A stretch of DNA of 32,000 bases, taken from Nostoc sp. PCC 7120 = FACHB-418 (lineage in GTDB: Bacteria > Cyanobacteriota > Cyanobacteriia > Cyanobacteriales > Nostocaceae). Below are positions 1-8,341 of this stretch, in pieces. The stretch lies in assembly GCF_000009705.1 (NCBI RefSeq), contig NC_003240.1, positions 90,001 through 122,000 on the forward strand, in the 5' to 3' direction. Numbering within the stretch: position 1 is the first letter of the stretch; the number at the start of each line of letters is the position of its first letter. The position numbers and the translations under genes were made by a program. A model generated the notes under the pieces. That model was given only the letters and a program-made list of their open reading frames with translations, searched no databases and was not told where the DNA came from.

Positions 1-117
1 TCTATCTCCTACATTCACACAAGAATCAAGAGAAGTTAAAAGCCTTCTCATTAACTTGTTTACTGTTTTAAGTCAAAAAGGCCTACTACCTTTATTGATC
101 AAGTTTGGCAGGTCTTA

Positions 118-135
118 ATGAAATCTGGATGAAAT
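118..135 (-). promoter_or_regulatory. Direct-repeat box, copy a (ATGAAAT ctgg ATGAAAT as read on + strand)
   Basis: Two 7-bp half-sites start 11 bp apart (118 and 129) and are followed by a T-run. Orientation matches the six other copies. It lies just past the stop of the DUF2808 gene, so it would face a minus-strand gene beyond the left window edge. Confidence 0.4.
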
Positions 136-161
136 TTTTGATTAACATAAAAATCTACATA

Positions 162-625
162 TTAAAATGTAGGGAATTTAGCTAAACCAATAGGAATTTC
201 TACCTCACTGCCAACAACTTTCACTGAAAAGCGGTATACAGAATCCGGGCCTGTAACTGGTTGTTGAACTTTATTAAAATTAACTAAGAGCTTAGTGTTA
301 GAAATAACCTTTTCAGGGAACTCTATAATAATTTGTCTGCCATTGGCGGAAATATTAGTATTAATTTTCTGATCATTCACATCCAAGACATCAATATCAT
401 TACTCACTGCTACAGTAGATGGAGTTTCAATAATAAGTTGAGAAAGAGCGTTGTTATTTTTGGGGATATTTAACCGAAAAGTATGTTTTACAAAACGCCA
501 GCTATTAGTAGGATATTGCAAATTATTATCAACATAGTCTCCTTAGCATTTGCCTTAGTCATGCAAATGAAAGCTATAGTGCCAAGAGCAAATACTGTAC
601 CTGTGTAAATCCATATTTTCTTCAT
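162..625 (-). pseudogene. DUF2808-family secreted protein, apparently frameshifted between signal peptide and domain
   Basis: ORF 162..521 (TTG-initiated in the track) aligns over its length with the 161-aa paralog at 7766..8251 (SQLIIE.P, F.E.V...T...V..N.V, E.PIG.A). This pattern is typical of cyanobacterial DUF2808. An ATG at 625 opens a signal-peptide ORF (MKKIWIYTGTVFALGTIAFICMTKANAKE...) in a different frame. A TAA at 543..545 closes the domain frame upstream. A 1-nt shift within about 522..542 would be needed to fuse the two. Confidence 0.6.
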
Positions 626-710
626 CTTGAATTGTGAAACAACCATTATGTAAAATAAGTTACAATTTTCTACTGAATAGACCTTTACATAATAAGTTTG
701 ACATGTCAGG

Positions 711-728
711 ATGAAATTAGGGTGAAAT
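711..728 (-). promoter_or_regulatory. Direct-repeat box, copy b (ATGAAAT tagg GTGAAAT)
   Basis: Half-sites at 711 and 722 (11-bp phasing), 86 nt upstream of the ATG at 625. On the minus strand the box is followed after 16 nt by TATTAT (689..694). Flanks resemble copy d (TTGACA..GATGAAAT..GGTGAAATTTT.(G)CTAGTT). Confidence 0.5.
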
Positions 729-968
729 TTTGACTAGTTCAAAAAATAATTTGGTGATGTTGTGATAGTTAGCTAAACCTGAACTAGAACTTTAGTTACT
801 GCAACAAAAAATTCAATATTTTCAGTCTCAAGAACTAACAAGATCGTGGAAATCAGTTGTGGATGATATTAAAAAATCAGGCTTTTAGTTGTAAAAGTAC
901 AATTAAAAGTCCGATTCTGCATCAAAGCATAAGTATAAAAGGCTCAATAATAGTATAGAGACATCAAA

Positions 969-986
969 GTGAAATTAAGATGAAAA
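969..986 (-). promoter_or_regulatory. Direct-repeat box, copy c (GTGAAAT taag ATGAAAA)
   Basis: Half-sites at 969 and 980. The core is nearly identical to copy e (GAAATTAAGATGAAAA). It lies between the TPR gene stop (1042) and the DUF2808 pseudogene. TATACT/TACTAT follows 11-13 nt downstream on the minus strand. Confidence 0.4.
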
Positions 987-1041
987 TTGAGCATGACTAA
1001 AGAGAAAATTAGTGTTTACTATCATTCACCCGAACAAATTA

Positions 1042-1719
1042 TTAACGCTGAATTTGCTGAATCAGGGCTTGTGTTTGTTGATAAGCTTGGGTATCACCTT
1101 GTTTAAGAAACAGTTTTGCAGCTTGCTGAAGGTCTGTAACAGCACTCTTACTGTCTCCTAAAGCATATTGTGCCAGTCCTCGGTTGCCATAGGCATCAGC
1201 TAAATTGGGATTGATTTGTAGTGCTTTATTAAAATCTGCGATCGCTTGCTGATGATTTCCCTGTCTAAAATGGGCTAGTCCTAGATTGTAATAACCATCT
1301 TGTGAGTTTGGATCAATTTTCACTGTCTGATTAAAGTCGGCAATGGCTTTCTGAAAATCTCCTAGTTCTACATAAGAAATTCCCCGACCATTATAAGCAT
1401 CTGTATGCTTGGGATTTAACCGCAGCGCTAGGTTAAAGTCAGAGATGGCTGCACTGAAGTCTCTCAATTGAGATTTAGCTAAACCACGAAGGCAAAAACC
1501 TTCATAAAACCGTGGATTCATCTGTACTACAGAGTTAAAATCTGCGATCGCACCATTGAAGTTGCCTTGCTCAAGCTTTTGCACTCCTTGGTTATAGTAC
1601 TCTTGGAAGTTCGTCGCCTTCAAAGGTATTTGTGCTTCTCTCGCAGAAACAGCAGCAGGCATTACACCCAGTAGACTTGTTATTCCCAGGATGGCTACTG
1701 TTCGCTTGATATATTTCAT
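1042..1719 (-). CDS. Secreted tetratricopeptide (TPR) repeat protein
   Basis: N-terminal signal peptide (..LLGVMPAAVSA-RE). Five to six tandem 34-aa repeats with the TPR signature (A..DFN.A..L.P....AY.NRG.....G). Located 60 nt downstream of mntH on the same strand. Confidence 0.85.
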   Translation of the reverse strand: MKYIKRTVAILGITSLLGVMPAAVSAREAQIPLKATNFQEYYNQGVQKLEQGNFNGAIADFNSVVQMNPRFYEGFCLRGLAKSQLRDFSAAISDFNLALRLNPKHTDAYNGRGISYVELGDFQKAIADFNQTVKIDPNSQDGYYNLGLAHFRQGNHQQAIADFNKALQINPNLADAYGNRGLAQYALGDSKSAVTDLQQAAKLFLKQGDTQAYQQTQALIQQIQR

Positions 1720-1779
1720 GGCTTTACCCCTTCATTCTTGCAGCATGACATTGGATTGCCACGGATCTGTTCCTTTATT

Positions 1780-3108
1780 TTAACTGGGAACTTGTAATAG
1801 CCATCCCCAAAGACTTTGTAATAGCAACCAAGCATTTAAGCCAACGATGACAATAGCAACTAACCAAGCTAAAGATTTTAACCACAAGGGATTGACAAAC
1901 TCACCCATCAAGCGGCGATTACTTGTAAACATCACCAAGGGAATTACTGCAAACGGTAACTGTAAACTGAGGATGACTTGACTGAGAACTATGAGGCTGC
2001 TTGTACTATTTTCACCAAACAGAATAATTGTAATTAACGCTGGAATGATGGCAAGCAGACGGGTTATTAAACGGCGTAACCACGACGGAAGGCGAAATTG
2101 CAAAAAGCCTTCCATAACAATTTGTCCTGCTAGAGTCGCAGTCAGCGTTGAACTTTGCCCAGAAGCAAGTAATGCAATGCCAAAAATCGCACTAGCAGCA
2201 CTGACTCCTAACAGTGGTGAAAGCAATTTATAAGCATCTTGAATTTCTGCAACATTCTGATTGCCAGAAAAATGAAATGTTGCGGCAGACACAATTAAAA
2301 TTGCTGAGTTAATGAATAGTGCTAATGACAAAGCAAAAGTTGAATCAATTGTGCCAAACTTAATCGCTTCCCATCTTTTTTCAGTAGTAGGTTGCCAATC
2401 ACGAGTTTGTACAATAGAGGAGTGTAAATATAAGTTGTGAGGCATCACTGTTGCCCCTAAAATACCAATAGCGATGTAGAGCATTTCTGGATTCTGTAAA
2501 ATTTCCTTCTTGGGCAGATATCCCAACAAAATCCCCCCCATATCAGGTCGAGAAAACAGAATTTCCGCTGTAAAACAGATACCTACGGTTGCTACCAGCA
2601 TTATTACTAAGGCTTCTGTATAACGAAAGCCTTTATGTTGCAGGAATAGCAATACCAGGACATCCAGCGCAGTGATACACACACCCCATATCAAGGGAAT
2701 AACGAATAAAAGTTGTAGGGCGATCGCACTTCCCAGTAATTCCGCTAAGTCACAAGCAGCGATCGCAATCTCACACAGTACCCACAAACAAAAGCTTACC
2801 TTTGGGCTGAAATAGTCTCGACAAGCCTGCGCTAAATCTCGCCCTGTAGCAACTCCCAAACGCACACATAGAGATTGGAGTAATATCGCCATCAGGTTGG
2901 ACAGCAGGATTACTGTTAACAACGTGTACCCGAACTTTGACCCCCCCGCAATATCTGTTGCCCAGTTACCAGGGTCTATGTATCCAACTGAAACCAAATA
3001 CCCTGGCCCTGCATAAGCCAACATCTTGCGCCAAAAGCTGTTGCTGTTGGGGACTCTAATACTACGGTGAACCTCTGGTAAGCTAGGTCTGTTTTCTGGG
3101 GGAGTCAT
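1780..3108 (-). CDS. mntH: Nramp-family divalent metal (Mn2+/Fe2+) : H+ symporter
   Basis: 442 aa, about 11 TM segments. Nramp hallmark GPGYLVSVGYIDPGNWATDIAGG near the N-terminus and MPHNLYLHS in the TM6 region. Confidence 0.9.
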   Translation of the reverse strand: MTPPENRPSLPEVHRSIRVPNSNSFWRKMLAYAGPGYLVSVGYIDPGNWATDIAGGSKFGYTLLTVILLSNLMAILLQSLCVRLGVATGRDLAQACRDYFSPKVSFCLWVLCEIAIAACDLAELLGSAIALQLLFVIPLIWGVCITALDVLVLLFLQHKGFRYTEALVIMLVATVGICFTAEILFSRPDMGGILLGYLPKKEILQNPEMLYIAIGILGATVMPHNLYLHSSIVQTRDWQPTTEKRWEAIKFGTIDSTFALSLALFINSAILIVSAATFHFSGNQNVAEIQDAYKLLSPLLGVSAASAIFGIALLASGQSSTLTATLAGQIVMEGFLQFRLPSWLRRLITRLLAIIPALITIILFGENSTSSLIVLSQVILSLQLPFAVIPLVMFTSNRRLMGEFVNPLWLKSLAWLVAIVIVGLNAWLLLQSLWGWLLQVPS

Positions 3109-3176
3109 TTACTTTGCCATGAAATATTCTCATATTCTTTTCATAATCCCAGAAAATGTAGAATAAACATCAACCA

Positions 3177-3515
3177 TTAGGCAAGTAGGGATGTTGTAGG
3201 TGTAACCATCAGCATAATTAGCCCAACCCGAAGATCGGGAGAGTTGCGTAGGAAAATACCTCCCAATCCCCAAACAAAAACAGGTGTCCAAATAAAGTTC
3301 ATGCCCAAAATCAATCCGGTCATCTTGTAATTTTGAAATGCCTGACCTAAATGATTAAGTGGAATATTTAAAAATACTCCATAGAGCATAACCATCAAGG
3401 ATGGAACAATTAGGAATACAGCATTTTCCTCAACCCATTTAATTCGTCCCAATATCAGCCCGATTAAGATAGCAATAATGAAAAATCCAGATTGGAGTTT
3501 TTCAGTAAAACTCAT
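3177..3515 (-). pseudogene. N-terminal fragment (about one third) of a BASS/ACR3-superfamily permease (arsenic-resistance-protein-like)
   Basis: The 112-aa ORF starts MSFTEKLQ.. and has three TM segments, laid out like the N-terminus of roughly 300-350 aa ACR3/bile-acid:Na+ symporter-type proteins. It ends (..MVTPTTSLLA*) where the conserved P-C-T type motif region would continue. Only 68 nt separate its stop from the mntH start, so the remainder is missing. Confidence 0.45.
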
Positions 3516-3879
3516 GTTTAAATGTCTCCATTAAGTCTTTGAAGAAAACAACAAACATACTTTAGATATCAAATGGCAATATTGAACGAAGTGCGATGGA
3601 GGGCAATTTGCCGTCGCACTTTGTCTTTGCTTCTTAGTAGCCGTAAATAGGTAAGGGAAAGTAATTAAAAAATATTCAGTCATATCCACGTTATAGTCTT
3701 CTTTTATAAATGTTTAATCTGCTTTCAAAAATACTTCCATAACTTTGAATGATGCAAATTAATTAAGACATTTTATACACTCTTGTCAAACAGAAAGTTT
3801 ATGGTGTATCTTTTTTGCAATCGAGCAGCAAAATGCTTTTGATTGACGAATTCGTAAAATTGATTCTCAGAGGTCAAAA

Positions 3880-4071
3880 ATGACTAATTTTTCTTCTACT
3901 TCAGTGTTGCGGAAGACCGCAGGTATTACTTTGTCTAAACCTGTACAAGTAACACTTTATATGCTGCTGTCTTCTTTGGTTATCTGGACTGTTTTGTTCT
4001 CTACCTATCCTGCGGCTCATAACACGGCACATTCAGCGCGTCACCACACTTTAGGCGTTGCGTGTCATTAA
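3880..4071 (+). CDS. CbtB-like small membrane peptide with His-rich C-terminus (putative cobalt/nickel transporter subunit family)
   Basis: 63 aa with one TM helix (VTLYMLLSSLVIWTVLF) followed by AAHNTAHSARHHTLGVACH. This matches my recollection of the CbtB family C-terminal pattern (..HD.AHD.RH...FPCH). GAGG lies 7 nt upstream of the ATG. Confidence 0.5.
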   Translation: MTNFSSTSVLRKTAGITLSKPVQVTLYMLLSSLVIWTVLFSTYPAAHNTAHSARHHTLGVACH

Positions 4072-4143
4072 ATTATCATAATCTCAAGATATTTCGGATA
4101 CATGAGATTTTGCTAAAACACTTGATAAAATAACGCCACGAGG

Positions 4144-4169
4144 ATGGCGCGAAATCTGCGCCATTTTTT
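4144..4169 (+). terminator. Rho-independent terminator candidate downstream of the CbtB-like gene
   Basis: Stem ATGGCGC (4144..4150) / GCGCCAT (4158..4164), 7-nt loop, then a T-run (4164..4169). Confidence 0.5.
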
Positions 4170-4228
4170 GAAATGTAAGTAATTAAAGTTTTGTAAAGTA
4201 AAGATACTTTGTCTTTCATCTCTGCATT

Positions 4229-4246
4229 ATTTTGCTTTGATTTCAT
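4229..4246 (+). promoter_or_regulatory. Degenerate, opposite-orientation copy of the direct-repeat box (ATTTTGC tttg ATTTCAT)
   Basis: Read on the + strand it matches the reverse complement of the box (ATTTCAC-N4-ATTTCAT) at 5/7 plus 7/7 positions with 11-bp phasing. That is the orientation expected for the + strand gene starting at 4376 (130 nt downstream). This copy is weaker than the seven minus-oriented ones. Confidence 0.25.
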
Positions 4247-4375
4247 ACCATCTCTGATTTATTGTCAATATTTTTACTGGAATTCTTCACTCTGTAGTGA
4301 ATAGAAGCTGATAAGGTAACTTTTACTGACAACTATCAAATATTGACCGAAGATACATAGTTTACGTAAGGTTTT

Positions 4376-5542
4376 ATGAAAAAATATCGACTGTTTGGGG
4401 CGATCAGTGCTGTTTGTGTTGCATTGTCAATTCTTTATTCCTTTGTAGGAGTTTCCCAAACTCCTACACCCAGAGTACAACTCTCTACCAACCCACCTTT
4501 AGAACAGATTCATCCCTTTGAAGCAGGAACAGATAAACCACAATCTCCAGTTACACTAACGCTACAAGCTCTTGATGCTATAGGTAAACCCTTAGAAAAT
4601 ACCAAAATTAGCTTACAAATTCTGACACCACCACCTAATCCTTGGTTGACTACAGATTTCCCCATTGTCGAGGGAACAAAATTACTACAAATGGATGCGG
4701 CTGCACCTGATGGTAAGTTAGAAATTCAGCAGATGTTACCTATCCGTGGGAACTACCAACTGCGGGTAAATGTGTCACCCTTAGTAGCAAATGCTTTTAC
4801 CCCCTATGAACAAACCTTGAATTTGAATATCCAAGAAAATCCAGTTAAATACAAATATTTTGCTGTTTTTGCAGCTATCTTACTATCAGTTGGATTATTA
4901 GGTGGTTGGGTTATCGGCGGACAAGAAGAACTACGACAAGGAGAAATTGCGCCGCAATCTGTGCGTCTGTTGTTAAGTGCATTGACAGTGGTGGCTATAG
5001 TAACTTTATTGTTTATTAACATTAGTGCAGAAGTTGCAGAGGCTCACGGTAGTGGACACTCAAGCGGTAAAGAAGAAATCGCACCATCAGTCCAAAAATC
5101 TCAAGGGTTGGAAGTCCGTGTTGAGGGAAATAAAAGCGCAACGGTAGGAAAACTTGCTAATTTGATAGTAAATGTTAAAGATGCTGCCACAGGACAACCC
5201 ATCAAGGATGTAGTGTTGCAGGTGAAGGCGATCGCTCTAGAAGATAATTTAACAGTCTTTGCCTACAAGGGAGTTACTGACCAATTCGGCAAGTTAACGT
5301 GGCAAGAGCAATTTTTTGATGGCGCACCTCACAAAGTTGAGGTCGAAGCAACTCCTAGCCCTGGATCTAAGCGTCAATTTCCACTGGTGAAAGTCGCACA
5401 AGAAGTTGAAGTTGAAGGAATTGCACCGCCAATGTACATCCGGTTGATTGGTTTATTCTACTTTACTGCTATTGTCGGCATTGGTATGGCGATGGGATTG
5501 CTAATACAGCATCGACGAAAACCACAAGCTAGGGCAAATTAA
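4376..5542 (+). CDS. Membrane protein with two periplasmic beta-rich modules, each followed by a TM helix; His-rich linker
   Basis: Signal/anchor sequence at the N-terminus. Module 1 spans about residues 30-155, then TM (YFAVFAAILLSVGLLGGWVIG), a second TM (LLLSALTVVAIVTLLFI), then AEAHGSGHSSGKEE. Module 2 follows (LEVRVEGN..ANLIVNVKDAATGQPIKD..), then a C-terminal TM and a basic tail. No enzymatic motif was seen. Confidence 0.6.
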   Translation: MKKYRLFGAISAVCVALSILYSFVGVSQTPTPRVQLSTNPPLEQIHPFEAGTDKPQSPVTLTLQALDAIGKPLENTKISLQILTPPPNPWLTTDFPIVEGTKLLQMDAAAPDGKLEIQQMLPIRGNYQLRVNVSPLVANAFTPYEQTLNLNIQENPVKYKYFAVFAAILLSVGLLGGWVIGGQEELRQGEIAPQSVRLLLSALTVVAIVTLLFINISAEVAEAHGSGHSSGKEEIAPSVQKSQGLEVRVEGNKSATVGKLANLIVNVKDAATGQPIKDVVLQVKAIALEDNLTVFAYKGVTDQFGKLTWQEQFFDGAPHKVEVEATPSPGSKRQFPLVKVAQEVEVEGIAPPMYIRLIGLFYFTAIVGIGMAMGLLIQHRRKPQARAN

Positions 5543-5611
5543 AAGCATCAACGCTTGACACTACACCGTATCAATATTCCTAAAATGCCCAGTTCCAAAA
5601 ATGTAGCACTA

Positions 5612-5619
5612 GCGATCGC
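5612..5619. repeat. HIP1 octamer GCGATCGC (one example of many)
   Basis: Exact GCGATCGC. Further copies were seen near 1243, 1547, 2722, 5233, 5653, 5757, 5808, 10161, 14270, 17345, 19250, 20344, 26548, 26643, 27015 and 31645. This is a cyanobacterial genome hallmark. Confidence 0.9.
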
Positions 5620-7019
5620 TAACCCAAATCCAGATCCCTCAGTACGATGCGAGCGATCGCTTCGTCTGTCAAGGGTAAGTGAAGGATGAAAGTGCTACCC
5701 TTACCAACTTGGCTTTGCAACTGTATACTACCTCTATGAGCCTGAACAATTGCTTGAGCGATCGCTAATCCCAATCCAGATCCACCAGTACGACGCGAGC
5801 GATCGCTATTGACTCGATAAAAACGGTCAAAGATCCGCTTTTGCTCGTGCGATGCAATACCAATACCTGTATCTTGAACTTCAATTACAGCATTACCGTT
5901 GCTGCGTTTGAGGATAACAGTTACATAACCGCCAGCAGGGGTATATTGAATAGCATTGGCAATTAGATTAGAAAGCACACGCAACAGTTGATCTTCATCT
6001 CCCATCACGTATAAAAGCTCTTGGCATAACACCAAAGATGTTAGTTGCAAAGAAGCCGCAGCCGCTAACGCTGAAAATTCTTCTATTAGGTCATTAATCA
6101 AAATATTCAGACAGCAATGTACTTGTTGTGTCGCCAGCGTTTGCTGTTCCAATCGAGACAGTAACAGCATATCCTGAACTAGTTCAGCTAGTCGATGATT
6201 CTGACGTTGAATAGATGCCAAAACATCTCGCGCCTCGTCAGACAGATACTCCATATCAAATAAAGTTTCTACCGTTGCATTAATCGCTGCAAGAGGAGTA
6301 CGCAACTCATGAGAGGCATCAGACGTAAACTGTTGCATTTGTTTATACGAAGAGTCAATTGGTCGCATTGCTAACCCTGCCAGCCACCAACTAGAACCGC
6401 CAACTAACAATACCGTAATTGGCAATCCCACGGCCAAAATTAATTTCAAAGCAGCGAGACGATTATCAAGGTCATTGAGATTGCGCCCTACCTGAATATA
6501 GCCCCAATCTTGATTATCTTGAGTGTGCAGCAGTAGAGACTTTTGACTATAACGATTACCTTGCAAGTCTTTGACTATTTGCCACACTTGAGTTTCCACA
6601 GTCGGGGGCAATTCATTAGGTTGGAAACCTGCCACTGCAATTAACCGTCCTGAACCATCGACAAAACGGATGTAATATTGCTTATCTTTGTATACAGTAC
6701 TAAAAATGCCGTGTTCATTATGGGTGCTTTGACTGTGACTCAGGATATTTTGGGTAGGACAACTGGACTCAGCTAAACAAATATTTGGTAAAACCTGCTG
6801 GAAAACTAGCTCTGTAATACCAGGTTGTTTCAAATTTGGTTCAATTACATCATGTAGTGTACCTGCGACCGATTCCAGTTCCCGGTTGATAGAAGCCACA
6901 TAAGCATCAATGATTACCTCATAAACCACAAAACCGCATAAGGATAGAATCAGAGCCATAACTACCGCATACCAGGTAGCCAATTGCCAGCGAGTCTTAC
7001 GAAATAGTCGAATCTGCAT
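5619..7019 (-). CDS. Sensor histidine kinase (two TM helices flanking a periplasmic domain; HisKA + HATPase_c)
   Basis: TM1 WYAVVMALILSLCGFVVY and TM2 LILAVGLPITVLLVGGSSWWLAGL. H-box SDASHELRTPLAAI. N/G boxes NLIANAIQYTP, DTGIGI, GGSGLGLAIA. Overlaps the upstream response-regulator gene by 23 nt. Confidence 0.9.
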   Translation of the reverse strand: MQIRLFRKTRWQLATWYAVVMALILSLCGFVVYEVIIDAYVASINRELESVAGTLHDVIEPNLKQPGITELVFQQVLPNICLAESSCPTQNILSHSQSTHNEHGIFSTVYKDKQYYIRFVDGSGRLIAVAGFQPNELPPTVETQVWQIVKDLQGNRYSQKSLLLHTQDNQDWGYIQVGRNLNDLDNRLAALKLILAVGLPITVLLVGGSSWWLAGLAMRPIDSSYKQMQQFTSDASHELRTPLAAINATVETLFDMEYLSDEARDVLASIQRQNHRLAELVQDMLLLSRLEQQTLATQQVHCCLNILINDLIEEFSALAAAASLQLTSLVLCQELLYVMGDEDQLLRVLSNLIANAIQYTPAGGYVTVILKRSNGNAVIEVQDTGIGIASHEQKRIFDRFYRVNSDRSRRTGGSGLGLAIAQAIVQAHRGSIQLQSQVGKGSTFILHLPLTDEAIARIVLRDLDLG

Positions 7020-7734
7020 TGCCAGGATTGAAACGATAACCCATACTAGGGACAGTTTCGATTAGCCCATCACAACCATATTCCGATAATTTGCGTCGCA
7101 AAAGTCGGATTTGAGCTGCTACTACATTACTAACGCGTTCTGCACTAAAGGCGTACAGATGATTTAAAATTTGGTCGCGGGTAATAACTGTATTAGGACG
7201 TTTCATCAAGTATTCTAATAATTGAAATTCTTTTTTTGTTAAATAAATTACCTTATTTTCACCATTCGGGTACTGTCGAGAAATCGTACAATTACCGCAG
7301 TCTAGGATAAGACCACCAACTTGCAATTGTAAAGGCTGGAACTGAGACGTAAGCGATGCGCCTCCTAAAGCAGATCGCCGTTGCAATGCACGCAATCGTG
7401 CCAACAGTTCTGCCATGCCAAACGGCTTGATTAGATAATCATCTGCCCCTGCATCTAGACCAGCTACCTTATCTGCCATGCTATCTTTAGCAGTTAGCAT
7501 CAGCACTGGTAAAGCATTACCCCGATTCCTTAAACGTTTACATAGTTCTATCCCTGACATTCCTGGTAACAACCAATCAAAGATTGCCAGTGTATATTGA
7601 GTCAAATCATCTTCTAAATAAATCCAGGCTTCGTTTCCATCCAAAACCCAATCAACAACATATTTTTCTTTACTCAACTTTCGCTGAATCGACGCACCCA
7701 AATCTGGCTCATCTTCAACAAGCAGAACTTTCAT
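6997..7734 (-). CDS. OmpR/PhoB-family response regulator (receiver + winged-helix DNA-binding domain)
   Basis: MKVLLVEDEPDLG..., phospho-acceptor context AIFDWLLPGMSG, LTAKD, K in DDYLIKPF. C-terminal winged helix (LTKKEFQLLEYLM..V.TRDQIL...., MGYRF). Confidence 0.9.
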   Translation of the reverse strand: MKVLLVEDEPDLGASIQRKLSKEKYVVDWVLDGNEAWIYLEDDLTQYTLAIFDWLLPGMSGIELCKRLRNRGNALPVLMLTAKDSMADKVAGLDAGADDYLIKPFGMAELLARLRALQRRSALGGASLTSQFQPLQLQVGGLILDCGNCTISRQYPNGENKVIYLTKKEFQLLEYLMKRPNTVITRDQILNHLYAFSAERVSNVVAAQIRLLRRKLSEYGCDGLIETVPSMGYRFNPGNADSTIS

Positions 7735-7765
7735 AAGCAGCAGATGTATTTTAGTAATTTATTCA

Positions 7766-8251
7766 TTAAATTACACGCAATTGAGCGACACCAATTGGTA
7801 ACTCTGCATTCATACCAGTGAGAATAGTAGATATCTTGTAGAACTTATCACCAGTAGTCACTGCTGTTTTTTTAACATTATTCATTTCTACAATGATAGT
7901 AGTTCCAGGAGCGACTGATTCGGCAAACTCTAGCGTAGCTTTTTTGCCTTGAATAGAAACTTTTGCCGCAATTTCTTTACCAGATTGCTCGGACACATCA
8001 ATGCTTTCTCTGAGGACAATATTAGCTGGAGCTTCGATAATTAGCTGAGAAATAGCCTTGCTGTTTTCGGGAACTGCTATTTTTAAAGTATGTCTGAGAA
8101 TTCTCCAGTGGCGAATACCTTGAGGAGATTCCCCTAAGCTAATAACGTGAGGAAAGTTACTAGATTGTGGTGTAGGATTTGCATAAGTAGCTGGAACTAA
8201 AACTGCCATAGTCAAGGCAAAAATAGCAGTATATCTCAGTATTCTAATCAT
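7766..8251 (-). CDS. Secreted DUF2808-family protein, first gene of the DUF2808-RR-HK operon
   Basis: Signal peptide MIRILRYTAIFALTMAVLVPATYA. Mature part is paralogous to 162..521. Only 31 nt separate its stop from the response-regulator start. Confidence 0.75.
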   Translation of the reverse strand: MIRILRYTAIFALTMAVLVPATYANPTPQSSNFPHVISLGESPQGIRHWRILRHTLKIAVPENSKAISQLIIEAPANIVLRESIDVSEQSGKEIAAKVSIQGKKATLEFAESVAPGTTIIVEMNNVKKTAVTTGDKFYKISTILTGMNAELPIGVAQLRVI

Positions 8252-8341
8252 TGCGTTTTTATAATCACTTTACTAGATCCATAAATCATTAGAATCATCT
8301 TCGTTAAAAGATGTTACCTCTTAATAGCTTGACAAAGTGAG

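Noticed and set aside
696-728. TTGACA immediately upstream of boxes b and d on the + strand (also 8329..8334), as a possible + strand -35 element.
   Set aside because: No acceptable -10 lies at 16-18 nt; the nearest candidate is TGAAAT at 19 nt. Transcription would run away from or antisense to all nearby genes. The minus-strand promoter reading (box replaces the -35, -10 lies 15-16 nt beyond) fits the gene layout better.
1991-2233. 80-aa ORF antisense to mntH. The same applies to similar shadow ORFs at 4804..5022, 8718..8945, 11466..11675, 14666..14863, 18193..18453, 18684..18902, 19297..19842, 21775..21984, 21885..22124, 22421..22651, 24647..24877, 24975..25220, 25296..25517, 25366..25548, 26364..26663, 28139..28441, 29084..29293, 29492..29677, 29526..29723, 31000..31275 and 31468..31836.
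   Set aside because: Each lies entirely within, or largely opposite to, a long ORF with clear family motifs. Their translations are low-complexity or Arg/Ser/Cys-rich, as is typical of out-of-frame or antisense reading. No start-site or RBS support was seen.
3516-3879. Possible cobalamin riboswitch upstream of the CbtB-like gene, as is common for cbtAB operons.
   Set aside because: I could not find a B12-box-like element (..AGYCMGG.G.CCKGCC..) or the conserved GGTG/GCCACTG-type segments on either strand. The region is mostly AT-rich promoter-like DNA.
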